A stretch of 24,000 nucleotides of DNA from Gilliamella sp. Lep-s35. Its GTDB lineage: Bacteria > Pseudomonadota > Gammaproteobacteria > Enterobacterales > Orbaceae. How positions within the stretch are numbered: the stretch's first letter is position 1; each line of letters opens with the position of its first letter. This document shows positions 8,471 through 19,010 of the stretch, one piece after another. The notes beneath the pieces are model-generated. The model had not been told where the DNA came from. It made no database searches and saw nothing but the letters and a program-made list of their open reading frames with translations. A program made the translations under genes and the position numbers. The stretch covers positions 24,999-48,998 of the forward strand of contig NZ_WTEX01000012.1 of NCBI RefSeq assembly GCF_009795845.1. The letters are read 5' to 3'.

Positions 8471-8546
8471 GGGTTGTTAGCTCAGTCGGTAGAGCAGTTG
8501 ACTCTTAATCAATTGGTCGCGGGTTCGATCCCCTCACAACCCACCA
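8471..8546 (+). tRNA. tRNA-Lys, anticodon CUU, with encoded CCA
   Basis: The 76 nt fold by hand into a cloverleaf. Acceptor stem GGGTTGT/ACAACCC is perfect, as is D-stem GCTC/GAGC. Anticodon stem is GTTGA/TCAAT, and the loop CTCTTAA puts positions 34-36 at CTT. The T-arm is GCGGG-TTCGATC-CCCTC, with one C50/U64 mismatch. Discriminator A and CCA are present. Apart from the anticodon it is very similar to E. coli tRNA-Lys(UUU) as I recall it. Confidence 0.9.
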
Positions 8547-8549
8547 TTT

Positions 8550-8573
8550 AAAACCATGATTTTAAATGGTTTT
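8550..8573 (+). terminator. Weak AT-rich hairpin after the tRNA
   Basis: AAAACCAT (8550..8557) pairs with ATGGTTTT (8566..8573) around an 8-nt loop. The T-run is mostly inside the stem, so this is a weak intrinsic terminator at best. Confidence 0.3.
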
Positions 8574-9175
8574 TAAGAATTTCTTGCAATCTTATTTAAT
8601 GTGTCAATCGTACTTTGTGCCGTAAATGTGACATTGTTTGCAAAATTTAACATATGATCTGCGTTCAAGTGAGCGTACTTATTCACCATCTCTAACGTCC
8701 CCCATCCGCCAAGATTTTTTAACGTATAGAGTGGTGTACCCGCTTGAACGTGCCAACTTGCCCACGTATGTCTTAAGTCATGAAAATGAAAATTATCAAT
8801 TCCTGATAATTGACAAGCTTGTTTAAAGTCTCTTCGATCAATGTCGTAAACTCGCTTATTAGTTGAACGAGTAAACACTTATTCACATTTATTTCTAAAT
8901 TTTAACTTACGTATTAATTCAACAGCGTCATGATTTAATAATAAAGCTCTTGCTTTTCCTGACTTTGCGTTTTCGTTAGTAACAGTTGCTACACGATTAA
9001 CAAGATCAACATTGTGCCACGTTAGTGTAAATATCTCACTCATGCGTGCACCAGTTGATAGCGCAAAAAAACAAACATCTTTCATCCATTGAAGCCTTAA
9101 ATTCTGGATGAGTAAACTTGCTTTTTCTCTTGTTATCCACTTAACACGAACCTTTGGCTCTTTAGCTGTAGTAAC
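8573..9175 (-). pseudogene. Tyrosine recombinase (phage/island integrase) remnant: catalytic domain only, 5'-truncated and interrupted by an in-frame stop
   Basis: Track ORFs 8879..9085 and 8573..8878 are contiguous in one frame and separated only by a TAA at 8881..8879 (...RNKCE*VFTRSTNK...). The frame stays open upstream to about 9175 (VTTAKEPKVRVKWITREKASLLIQNLRLQW-MKDVCFFALSTGARMSE...). Catalytic-domain signatures are ALSTGARMSE, HDLRHTWASW and MVNKYAHL. The N-terminal arm/core-binding part (well over 100 codons) is absent, and upstream sequence is non-coding and AT-rich. Confidence 0.8.
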
Positions 9176-9291
9176 TCAAACTTAATCTGACATACACTTA
9201 TTACTTATTGCATATGAATTTATTAAGTATATTTAACAAAAGATTGTAGCTGTAAATATCATTTTATTAAGTTGTTGATTTTATTTTTATA

Positions 9292-9831
9292 TCAAAGCGC
9301 AGTTCCTTTTGTTGGGATAATAAGTTGGGTTGTATTGACCTCTTCGTGTTGTAGTAATTGGATTTTTTTATCTATACCCCCAGCATAACCTGTTAAATTA
9401 CCGTTCGCACCAATAACTCGGTGGCAAGGAATGATAATGGATATTGGATTATGCCCAACCGCGCCGCCCACCGCTTGGCTAGACATGCTTGTTTTGTTTG
9501 TTTTTAGTGCGATCTGTTTGGCAATATCGCCGTAGGTAATGACTTCGCCATAAGGGATTTTATATAACACTTCCCAGACTAATTGTCGAAAAGGCGTGCC
9601 ATTTGGCGCAAGCTCTAATTGGTATGGATTCGGTCTTTTTCCTGAAAAATAATCATCAAGCCATTTTTTGGTCGAGTTAAAAATAGCTAAATTAGGTTTT
9701 TCTTCTGTTTTAGTGTTAATTGTATGAGCAAAATATTTTTCACCTTCAATCCAAGCGCCAACGAGCTTATTGTGTTGGCTAGCTAGGGTAATTAAGCCTA
9801 TTGGGGATGAATAGTTGCATAAATAAAACAT
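9292..9831 (-). CDS. ogt: Methylated-DNA-protein-cysteine methyltransferase (Ogt/Ada C-terminal type)
   Basis: 179 aa. The active-site motif IPCHRVIG is present, along with the upstream YGDIA and downstream GYAGG elements typical of O6-alkylguanine transferases. An AAGG Shine-Dalgarno lies upstream. Confidence 0.9.
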   Translation of the reverse strand: MFYLCNYSSPIGLITLASQHNKLVGAWIEGEKYFAHTINTKTEEKPNLAIFNSTKKWLDDYFSGKRPNPYQLELAPNGTPFRQLVWEVLYKIPYGEVITYGDIAKQIALKTNKTSMSSQAVGGAVGHNPISIIIPCHRVIGANGNLTGYAGGIDKKIQLLQHEEVNTTQLIIPTKGTAL

Positions 9832-9941
9832 ACTTACCTTTTAATGCGTATGATAAAGCGATGCAAAATTATGCTTGTTTATGATGATAATTACCATCAA
9901 TTTATTGATTAATATTTCGTATAAATACGGGAAAGTGAGGA

Positions 9942-9965
9942 ATATGGCCCGTTGCTGAGCCATAT
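9942..9965 (-). terminator. Hairpin just downstream of the phosphatase gene
   Basis: ATATGGC (9942..9948) / GCCATAT (9959..9965) form a 7-bp stem with a 10-nt loop. A T-run follows only in the plus orientation, so the terminator role for the minus-strand gene is uncertain. Confidence 0.3.
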
Positions 9966-9974
9966 ATTTTTAGA

Positions 9975-10742
9975 TTATTTAGATTGATTTTTGCCATTTT
10001 CGACATAACTCATATCACCTAAACTTTCGACAATGAATTTTCCATCATCTGTATAATGAATTTTGGTAACACTTGCATTACCAAGTCCTTCTGTAACTGG
10101 TTTATCTAACCACTCTTCAACCATTGCCATGATAGCCATGCCATGTGATACCACTAAAACATTACCACCACCTTGTGCTTTTGCTGATTCGGCAATCGCT
10201 TTTAACGAGGCTTGCATGCGCGTTTTTACTTTATTGTAATCTTCAGCTTCGCCTGACTTTTCGACAGCCGCGATAGCATCCATCATTTTTTTAAGGTTAA
10301 TGTTTCTTTTTGAAAAATCAGCCATTAGTTCTTTGTCAGAAGCATAACCTAAGTGCTGTGCAGCAGGAGTCCACATGTTTGGATCAAGATCGCCTTCATA
10401 TTCACCAAAACAAGTTTCGCGCAAGCCGTCCATTTCGTTGATATTAATCGTTGTATCGCCTTTTGATTCTAAAACAATACGAGCGGTTTGTCGTGCTCGT
10501 CCTAAGTCGCTTGAATAAGCGGCGATAAATTTGACATCTTTTAAACCACGACCAAGTTGCTGGGCAACTTCAACACCAGGTTTGGTGAGCGGTGTATCTG
10601 ACCAACCTTGAGCTCGATGTACATTGTTAAACATCGTTTTGCCATGTCTAGTGACGTAAAGGTATACATCATCAGCAAAAGCTTGTGATACGGTTGAGAT
10701 AGCGATAATTAATGAGCTGATTAATATAATAAATTTTTTCAT
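9975..10742 (-). CDS. Histidine phosphatase family protein (PGM-like branch) with an N-terminal signal peptide; predicted periplasmic
   Basis: 255 aa. The Sec-type leader is MKKFIILISSLIIAISTVSQAFA/DD. Catalytic signatures are RHGKT, GRARQT, ETCFGEYEG and VSHG. An AAGGA Shine-Dalgarno is present, and the gap from the porin stop is only 13 nt. Confidence 0.8.
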   Translation of the reverse strand: MKKFIILISSLIIAISTVSQAFADDVYLYVTRHGKTMFNNVHRAQGWSDTPLTKPGVEVAQQLGRGLKDVKFIAAYSSDLGRARQTARIVLESKGDTTININEMDGLRETCFGEYEGDLDPNMWTPAAQHLGYASDKELMADFSKRNINLKKMMDAIAAVEKSGEAEDYNKVKTRMQASLKAIAESAKAQGGGNVLVVSHGMAIMAMVEEWLDKPVTEGLGNASVTKIHYTDDGKFIVESLGDMSYVENGKNQSK

Positions 10743-10755
10743 GTTGTGTCCTTAT

Positions 10756-12087
10756 TTATAACAAGTTAAATCGATAATCAATTACTGTTTCTGCTGAAAG
10801 TGTTGGTGAACGTTGCGCTTTTCCATGTTTATCGAGTTTTGGCGTAATATCTGATGCACTAATCGTTTTATAAGACCAACCATAGCCTAATTTAGATAAA
10901 ATTGATAGGTTTTTAAATGTTCCACTAGTTGGTTTCCATATGTTAAAAACGTTTATTTCACCATTTTTTAATGTGTCATGTTTGTAGTTAAATTCACCAT
11001 AGTTCATATATAATCCAGTGCTGTTATCTTTGACAAAGTCGTAAGTCAATACACTGGTAAAGACAAGTTCACCATCACGCATATAATCTGCGCCTGCTGC
11101 GGCTAATCCATTAAATCGGCCTCGGGTATTTTTACCTAAATGTCGATTATAATATCCGATAGCGTTATGTTTGTTGGCATCAGTGTAAGCAAGACCAAAT
11201 TTCATACTCCAGTCTTCTTCTTTCCATTCGATATCGGTTGCATAGTGCCATGCGTGATCTTCAAACTCTTTTTTGTTTTGTTTCATGGCATCATAATTAT
11301 CAAGCGCATAACTTCCGTAAAATTGCCCACCCAAGATTAATTTTTGTGTTGGTTTATAAGATAACTCAATTACATGGCGTTTTAGGTAATCTTTAGCAAC
11401 ACCATAGGCGTAATCTAAAGTAAGATCTTTATCTTTATAGGCGATTTCTGCCGTTGATATATTATCAATGACTTTTTTACGGTCGGCCGTTAAAAAATGC
11501 AATTTTTTAGCTGATTCGCGGGGTAGGGTGCTATCGATATAAGCTAGTGAAAAATAGACATTATCATATTTTAGCGTGCCACTATAACCAAGATAACTAT
11601 TGCGAGTAAGGTGTTTAGATGAGCTTATTATTCCGAAATCTTTTAAACTATGCCAGCCCGCTTTACCGTTGAAATTGATGGCCTGATTACCAACTTTAAT
11701 TTTGGCATAGCGTTGGGTAAATTTATTAAAGCCGTGAGCGTTGTGTTTGTTATAACCTTTGCCATCGTTATAAAGTAGGTTTCGAGTCGCAAAGTAATCA
11801 CTGGCACCTAGTTTTATTATGTTGTCATAGGTGACATCAAAACCAATCGTATCAAATAAGTAGCCTGATTTGTAATCAAAGCTAAATGCTTGCCCCCAAG
11901 CACTGTGTACTTCTTTAGGTTGGGATGCGTTTTCTTTTAAATATTTCCAATGATTACGAGTAGAAAAATCAAGTTTAGAATCTTTAATAAATGTATTATC
12001 TAAAAATGAGTTATAAGTAATTTCATTTGCTAGCGTTGAATAGCTCGATAAGCTTATTAATATCAGTGTGAGATGTTTTATTTTCAT
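10756..12087 (-). CDS. Outer-membrane porin, OprD/ChiP family
   Basis: 443 aa. The signal peptide is MKIKHLTLILISLSSYSTLA/NE. The N-terminal motif FIKDSKLDFSTRNHW...WGQAFSFDYKSGYLFDTIGFDVTY parallels P. aeruginosa OprD (FIEDSSLDLLLRNYYF...[27 protein letters not shown]). The protein shows alternating beta-strand character, and the C-terminus ends in a beta-barrel-like VIDYRFNLL. An AGGA Shine-Dalgarno is present. Confidence 0.8.
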   Translation of the reverse strand: MKIKHLTLILISLSSYSTLANEITYNSFLDNTFIKDSKLDFSTRNHWKYLKENASQPKEVHSAWGQAFSFDYKSGYLFDTIGFDVTYDNIIKLGASDYFATRNLLYNDGKGYNKHNAHGFNKFTQRYAKIKVGNQAINFNGKAGWHSLKDFGIISSSKHLTRNSYLGYSGTLKYDNVYFSLAYIDSTLPRESAKKLHFLTADRKKVIDNISTAEIAYKDKDLTLDYAYGVAKDYLKRHVIELSYKPTQKLILGGQFYGSYALDNYDAMKQNKKEFEDHAWHYATDIEWKEEDWSMKFGLAYTDANKHNAIGYYNRHLGKNTRGRFNGLAAAGADYMRDGELVFTSVLTYDFVKDNSTGLYMNYGEFNYKHDTLKNGEINVFNIWKPTSGTFKNLSILSKLGYGWSYKTISASDITPKLDKHGKAQRSPTLSAETVIDYRFNLL

Positions 12088-12135
12088 TATGATTTATCCT
12101 ATCATTTCGTTTTTACTTAAAAGCAGAAACGATCC

Positions 12136-12151
12136 TTAGTTTTAAAACTAA
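12136..12151. promoter_or_regulatory. Perfect 16-bp palindrome TTAGTTTTAAAACTAA in the porin leader/promoter region
   Basis: The sequence is self-complementary over 12136..12151. It overlaps a second dyad, CTAATT-ttct-AATTAG (12148..12163). It lies about 50-65 nt upstream of the porin ATG. Function is unknown, and AT-rich palindromes can arise by chance. Confidence 0.35.
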
Positions 12152-12254
12152 TTTTCTAATTAGTGAATACAAAGGTGTTTTATTCATAATTAGATTAATT
12201 AAATTATTTATTTGTTATTGTTATGTACTCCTATTTCTACTTTTTCATTTTTAA

Positions 12255-12291
12255 TAAAAAAAGGGAAAAATAATTTGTATTATTTTTCCCT
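12255..12291 (-). terminator. Rho-independent terminator after bglB
   Basis: Perfect 13-bp stem AGGGAAAAATAAT (12262..12274) / ATTATTTTTCCCT (12279..12291) with a 4-nt loop. On the minus strand it is followed by T7 (12261..12255). Confidence 0.8.
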
Positions 12292-12303
12292 TAAATTATT
12301 TTA

Positions 12304-15612
<3,309 letters not shown>

Positions 15613-15630
15613 TTATCCTTACTTTTTAAC

Positions 15631-15672
15631 AAAAAAAAACCTAGATTCCCAACACAGTTTGGTATCTAGGTT
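15631..15672 (-). terminator. Intrinsic terminator in the bglG-bglF intergenic region; the terminator half of the antitermination switch
   Basis: The minus strand reads AACCTAGATACCAAACTGTGTTGGGAATCTAGGTT followed by T9. The 9-bp outer stem is AACCTAGAT/ATCTAGGTT. Its 5' arm overlaps the 3' end of the RAT element. Confidence 0.75.
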
Positions 15673-15714
15673 TTGCTCGCAAAGTAAACGATTTTAACTT
15701 TGCAATAACAATCC
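15669..15714 (-). promoter_or_regulatory. RAT (ribonucleic antiterminator) element, target of the BglG-family antiterminator
   Basis: The minus strand reads GGATTGTTATTGCAAAG-ttaaaatcgttta-CTTTGCGAGCAAAACC. The published RAT consensus, as I recall it, is GGATTGTTACTGCA...GCAGGCAAAACC. The 3' GCAAAACC overlaps the terminator stem, which is the classical mutually exclusive arrangement. Confidence 0.7.
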
Positions 15715-15802
15715 AATTAATAGTTTGTCTAGATTAGCATAAATTAAAAAAAACAGATAAGACTTCCACAATAATGATCATCAAATTGTGATTTACTTCA
15801 CA

Positions 15803-16645
15803 TTATGAATTTTTAAGTTCAGTGCGTAGCCTTTCAATATGAATGGTTAAATAAAGGCTGTCATCATCAGAAAGCGGATGCTGATACTGTTGTATTAAAT
15901 GCAGATCGATTTGTTTAGTACATAAATAGGCTTCTTGGTATTTTTGGCGGATAATTTCATATAACGAAGCATCTTGTTGTGTTTGCGATTGTTGATTTAA
16001 TATACGGTGCGCAAAAAATTTTAAATGAGTAACAAAGCGTTGATAAGATAGGCAGCTTTCATCATATTCAAAGTTAAAATGGTATTTTACAATATTGAGT
16101 ATTTCGCGCATGATGTTAGTCATATTAACAACATTAGGCATAGTACCATCAAGTTGCGCATTAATAATATGGAATGTAATAAAGCCTGCTTCGTCTTCCG
16201 GTAGTTCAATGGCTAAACGTTCTTTAATGACTGACAGAGCATATAAACCAATTTTAAACTCTTTAGGATAGAATTTTTTGATTTCCCACAAAAAACCATT
16301 AGGAATATCAAAGCCGTGCTTGTGGCGTTCAATCGCCGAATAAATATGGTCGGTTAATGAAATATAGATACTATCTTGCAAATTACCTTCAATAAACTGT
16401 TTTGCATGATTAACAATAATTTCGGATGTAGTTAATACCTCAAGAGGGATCTGAGAGAGTAACTCGGTAAATTTGGACAGTGTATCTTTGTTGTCTAGAA
16501 AAAATTGCTTTTCAATAAGATTGGGATCAATTAAATCGCCTTCGTGTTTTTTAAAACCAATACCACGACCAGTAACAATTAGCTCTTCCCCCTTTGTATC
16601 AAGGGTAACAACAACATTATTATTTAGTACTTTATGAACTTTCAT
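15803..16645 (-). CDS. bglG: BglG/LicT/SacY-family transcription antiterminator (CAT domain plus two PRD domains)
   Basis: 280 aa. The N-terminal CAT domain MKVHKVLNNNVVVTLDTKGEELIVTGRGIGFKK parallels BglG and LicT. Histidine-containing PRD regions follow (e.g. FITFHI, YLTIHIERL). There is no obvious Shine-Dalgarno. Confidence 0.9.
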   Translation of the reverse strand: MKVHKVLNNNVVVTLDTKGEELIVTGRGIGFKKHEGDLIDPNLIEKQFFLDNKDTLSKFTELLSQIPLEVLTTSEIIVNHAKQFIEGNLQDSIYISLTDHIYSAIERHKHGFDIPNGFLWEIKKFYPKEFKIGLYALSVIKERLAIELPEDEAGFITFHIINAQLDGTMPNVVNMTNIMREILNIVKYHFNFEYDESCLSYQRFVTHLKFFAHRILNQQSQTQQDASLYEIIRQKYQEAYLCTKQIDLHLIQQYQHPLSDDDSLYLTIHIERLRTELKNS

Positions 16646-16716
16646 TACGTTAAATCTAATTTTTAGATTAAACTATTATCAATCCCATTTAGAAAATAGA
16701 AAGCACAAATATAAAA

Positions 16717-16738
16717 AAGTGTGATAGGTATCAAACTT
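16717..16738. promoter_or_regulatory. Candidate CRP site upstream of bglG
   Basis: AAGTGTGATAGGTATCAAACTT has TGTGA-N6-TCAAA and matches 15 of 22 positions of AAATGTGATCTAGATCACATTT. A TATTTT box at 16698..16693 (minus) would fit class II spacing. Confidence 0.4.
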
Positions 16739-16775
16739 TTACCTGATAACTTATTTGAAAATTAATCAATATAGT

Positions 16776-16810
16776 AAAAAAAGCCCCGATTAGCTAAAGC
16801 GTATCGGGGC
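16776..16810 (-). terminator. Rho-independent terminator of htpG
   Basis: Perfect 8-bp GC-rich stem GCCCCGAT (16783..16790) / ATCGGGGC (16803..16810) with a 12-nt loop. On the minus strand it is followed by T7 (16782..16776). Confidence 0.8.
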
Positions 16811-16832
16811 GGTGTTTGGCTGTTTAGCGTGA

Positions 16833-18707
16833 TTATTGCGCTAACAATTTATTCATGGTTTGAATAAATTTGCTTGGGTCGCTTAATGAACCTTTTTCGG
16901 CAAGTAAAGCTTGATCAAGCAATAGTTCCACCCAATCGTTAAATGCGCTTTCATCTTGCGTATCGGCAATACGTTTAACTAATTTATGATCTGGATTGAT
17001 TTCAAATGTATATTTGATTTCAGGCGCTTTTTGGCCTGCTGCTGCAAATAGTTTAGCCATTTGTGTGCTCATTTCGTCGGCAGCAGTGGTAACAATTGCT
17101 GGTGTGTCAGTTAAGCGATGCGTTAATTTGACCTCTTTTACTTTGTCGCCTAATGCAGTTTTAACTCGTTCAATAAATGGTTCAAGCTCTTTTTCAACTT
17201 GTTTTTGCTCTTCAGTATCTTGATCAGCCAGTTTTTCAATAGATTCATCTGATTTGCTGATTGATTGGAATTGCTTACCATCAAATTCGGTTAAATTACT
17301 CATCATCCATTCATCGATGCGATCAGATAATAATAATACTTCAATGCCTTTTTTGCGGAATAGCTCTAGGTGAGGGCTATTTTTAGCAGCACCATAGCTG
17401 TCGGCTGTGATGTAGTAGATCTTTTCTTGACCATCTTGCATACGGCTAATGTAATCTTCTAGTGATACTGTTTGTACATCGCTATCAGTGTGGGTTGAGG
17501 CAAAACGAAGTAATTTAGCAATCGCGTCACGGTTTGTAAAATCTTCACCCGTTCCTTCTTTTAACACTAAACCAAACTCACTCCAGAACTGTTGATATTG
17601 TTCTTTGTTGTCTTTAGCTAGTTTTTCTAGCATTTGTAACACACGTTTAGTGCATGCATTTCGTAAGCTTTGGGTGACTTTATTATCTTGTAAAATTTCG
17701 CGCGATACATTTAATGGTAGATCGTTTGAATCAATTAAGCCTTTAACAAAACGTAAATAGTTTGGCATAAATTGTTCAGCATCATCCATAATAAACACAC
17801 GTTGTACATACAGTTTTAGACCATGTTTATTATCACGATTCCACATATCCCAAGGTGCTTTTGATGGGATATAAAGTAAACTTGTGTACTCTTGTTTACC
17901 TTCAACTCGGTTATGGCTCCAACTTAATGGATCGGCAAAATCGTGTGACAGGTGTTTATAAAATTCTTTGTATTCTTCGTCAGTCACTTCTGATTTACTA
18001 CGTGTCCAAAGTGCTTGGGCTTTATTGACTTTTTCCCATTTAACTTCTTTGCTTTCTTCGTCAGTGGTTTGTACTTCAACAGGGAGCGAAATATGGTCAG
18101 AATATTTGCTAATAACAGAACGCAAACGCCAATCATCTAAAAATTCTTTTTCATCTTCTTTTAAGTGTAAAGTGATTTCGGTACCACGAGTTTCTTTATT
18201 ATCGTCAGATATTGTATATTCACCTTCACCCGCTGATTCCCACATAACCGCTTCATCAGCTTTTGCAGTTGCTGCACGGGTTCTTACAGTGACTTTATCT
18301 GCAACAATAAATGCAGAATAAAAACCAACACCAAATTGACCAATTAATTGGCTATCTTTAGCCTGATCACTGCCAATAGATTCTAAAAATGCTTTTGTAC
18401 CAGATTTGGCAATTGTACCTAGGTTTTCAATTACTTCATCACGCGTCATACCAATGCCATTATCAGCAATGGTTAGGGTACCAGCTTCTTTATTTGTTGA
18501 AATGCGCACACCAAGTTCGCCATTACCCGCGTATAAATCTGGGTTTTCTAACGCTTTAAAGCGAAGTTTGTCAGCAGCGTCAGATGCGTTTGAAATAAGT
18601 TCTCTTAAAAAAATCTCTTTATTTGAATATAAAGAGTGAATCATTAAATGTAGAATTTGTTTAACTTCGGATTGAAATCCACGAGTTTCAGTGCCTTGTT
18701 TACTCAT
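16833..18707 (-). CDS. htpG: Molecular chaperone HtpG (Hsp90)
   Basis: 624 aa. It carries the canonical Hsp90 N-terminal ATPase motifs ([45 protein letters not shown]), and the length matches E. coli HtpG. An AGAGG Shine-Dalgarno is present. Confidence 0.97.
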   Translation of the reverse strand: MSKQGTETRGFQSEVKQILHLMIHSLYSNKEIFLRELISNASDAADKLRFKALENPDLYAGNGELGVRISTNKEAGTLTIADNGIGMTRDEVIENLGTIAKSGTKAFLESIGSDQAKDSQLIGQFGVGFYSAFIVADKVTVRTRAATAKADEAVMWESAGEGEYTISDDNKETRGTEITLHLKEDEKEFLDDWRLRSVISKYSDHISLPVEVQTTDEESKEVKWEKVNKAQALWTRSKSEVTDEEYKEFYKHLSHDFADPLSWSHNRVEGKQEYTSLLYIPSKAPWDMWNRDNKHGLKLYVQRVFIMDDAEQFMPNYLRFVKGLIDSNDLPLNVSREILQDNKVTQSLRNACTKRVLQMLEKLAKDNKEQYQQFWSEFGLVLKEGTGEDFTNRDAIAKLLRFASTHTDSDVQTVSLEDYISRMQDGQEKIYYITADSYGAAKNSPHLELFRKKGIEVLLLSDRIDEWMMSNLTEFDGKQFQSISKSDESIEKLADQDTEEQKQVEKELEPFIERVKTALGDKVKEVKLTHRLTDTPAIVTTAADEMSTQMAKLFAAAGQKAPEIKYTFEINPDHKLVKRIADTQDESAFNDWVELLLDQALLAEKGSLSDPSKFIQTMNKLLAQ

Positions 18708-18868
18708 TAACTAGTACCTCTATTATATTTAGTCATTCCAATCAATGCTAACAATAAAAATGATCTTGTTATAACAACTTTTATCATTTTGCACCACTTT
18801 TTGGCACATTCTAGTTAGCATTAACTGAATAAAATTAACATAATGGTTTGATTTATTGATGTATTGCT

Positions 18869-18896
18869 ATATGGGAATGAAAAATGGAATTTCAAT
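18869..18896 (-). promoter_or_regulatory. Sigma32 (heat-shock) type promoter upstream of htpG
   Basis: The minus strand reads ATTGAAA-ttccatttttcat-TCCCATAT. The consensus is CTTGAAA-N13/14-CCCCATNT. It lies about 160 nt upstream of the htpG ATG. Confidence 0.5.
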
Positions 18897-18955
18897 ACAA
18901 ATAGACAAATTTATTCATTGTTTGGTTGTTTTTTATTAAACATTAAATGGTAGGC

Positions 18956-18980
18956 AAAAAAGCCCTGATAACTCAAGGCT
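18956..18980 (-). terminator. Rho-independent terminator of the NSS transporter gene
   Basis: The minus strand reads AGCCTTGA-gtta-TCAGGGCT, an 8-bp stem with one G-U pair, followed by TTTTT. Confidence 0.7.
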
Positions 18981-19010
18981 TTTATCTGAATTAAAAATTA
19001 ACTTTAGTTT

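Noticed and set aside
9086-9291. A search for an attR-type direct repeat of the tRNA-Lys 3' end. I also searched the other intergenic regions to the right.
   Set aside because: I saw no match of useful length to TTCGATCCCCTCACAACCCACCA, so island boundaries cannot be drawn from this window.
16996-18639. Three plus-strand ORFs (16996..17223, 17968..18321, 18406..18639) inside htpG.
   Set aside because: They are Ser-rich antisense shadows of htpG. The htpG call is unambiguous.
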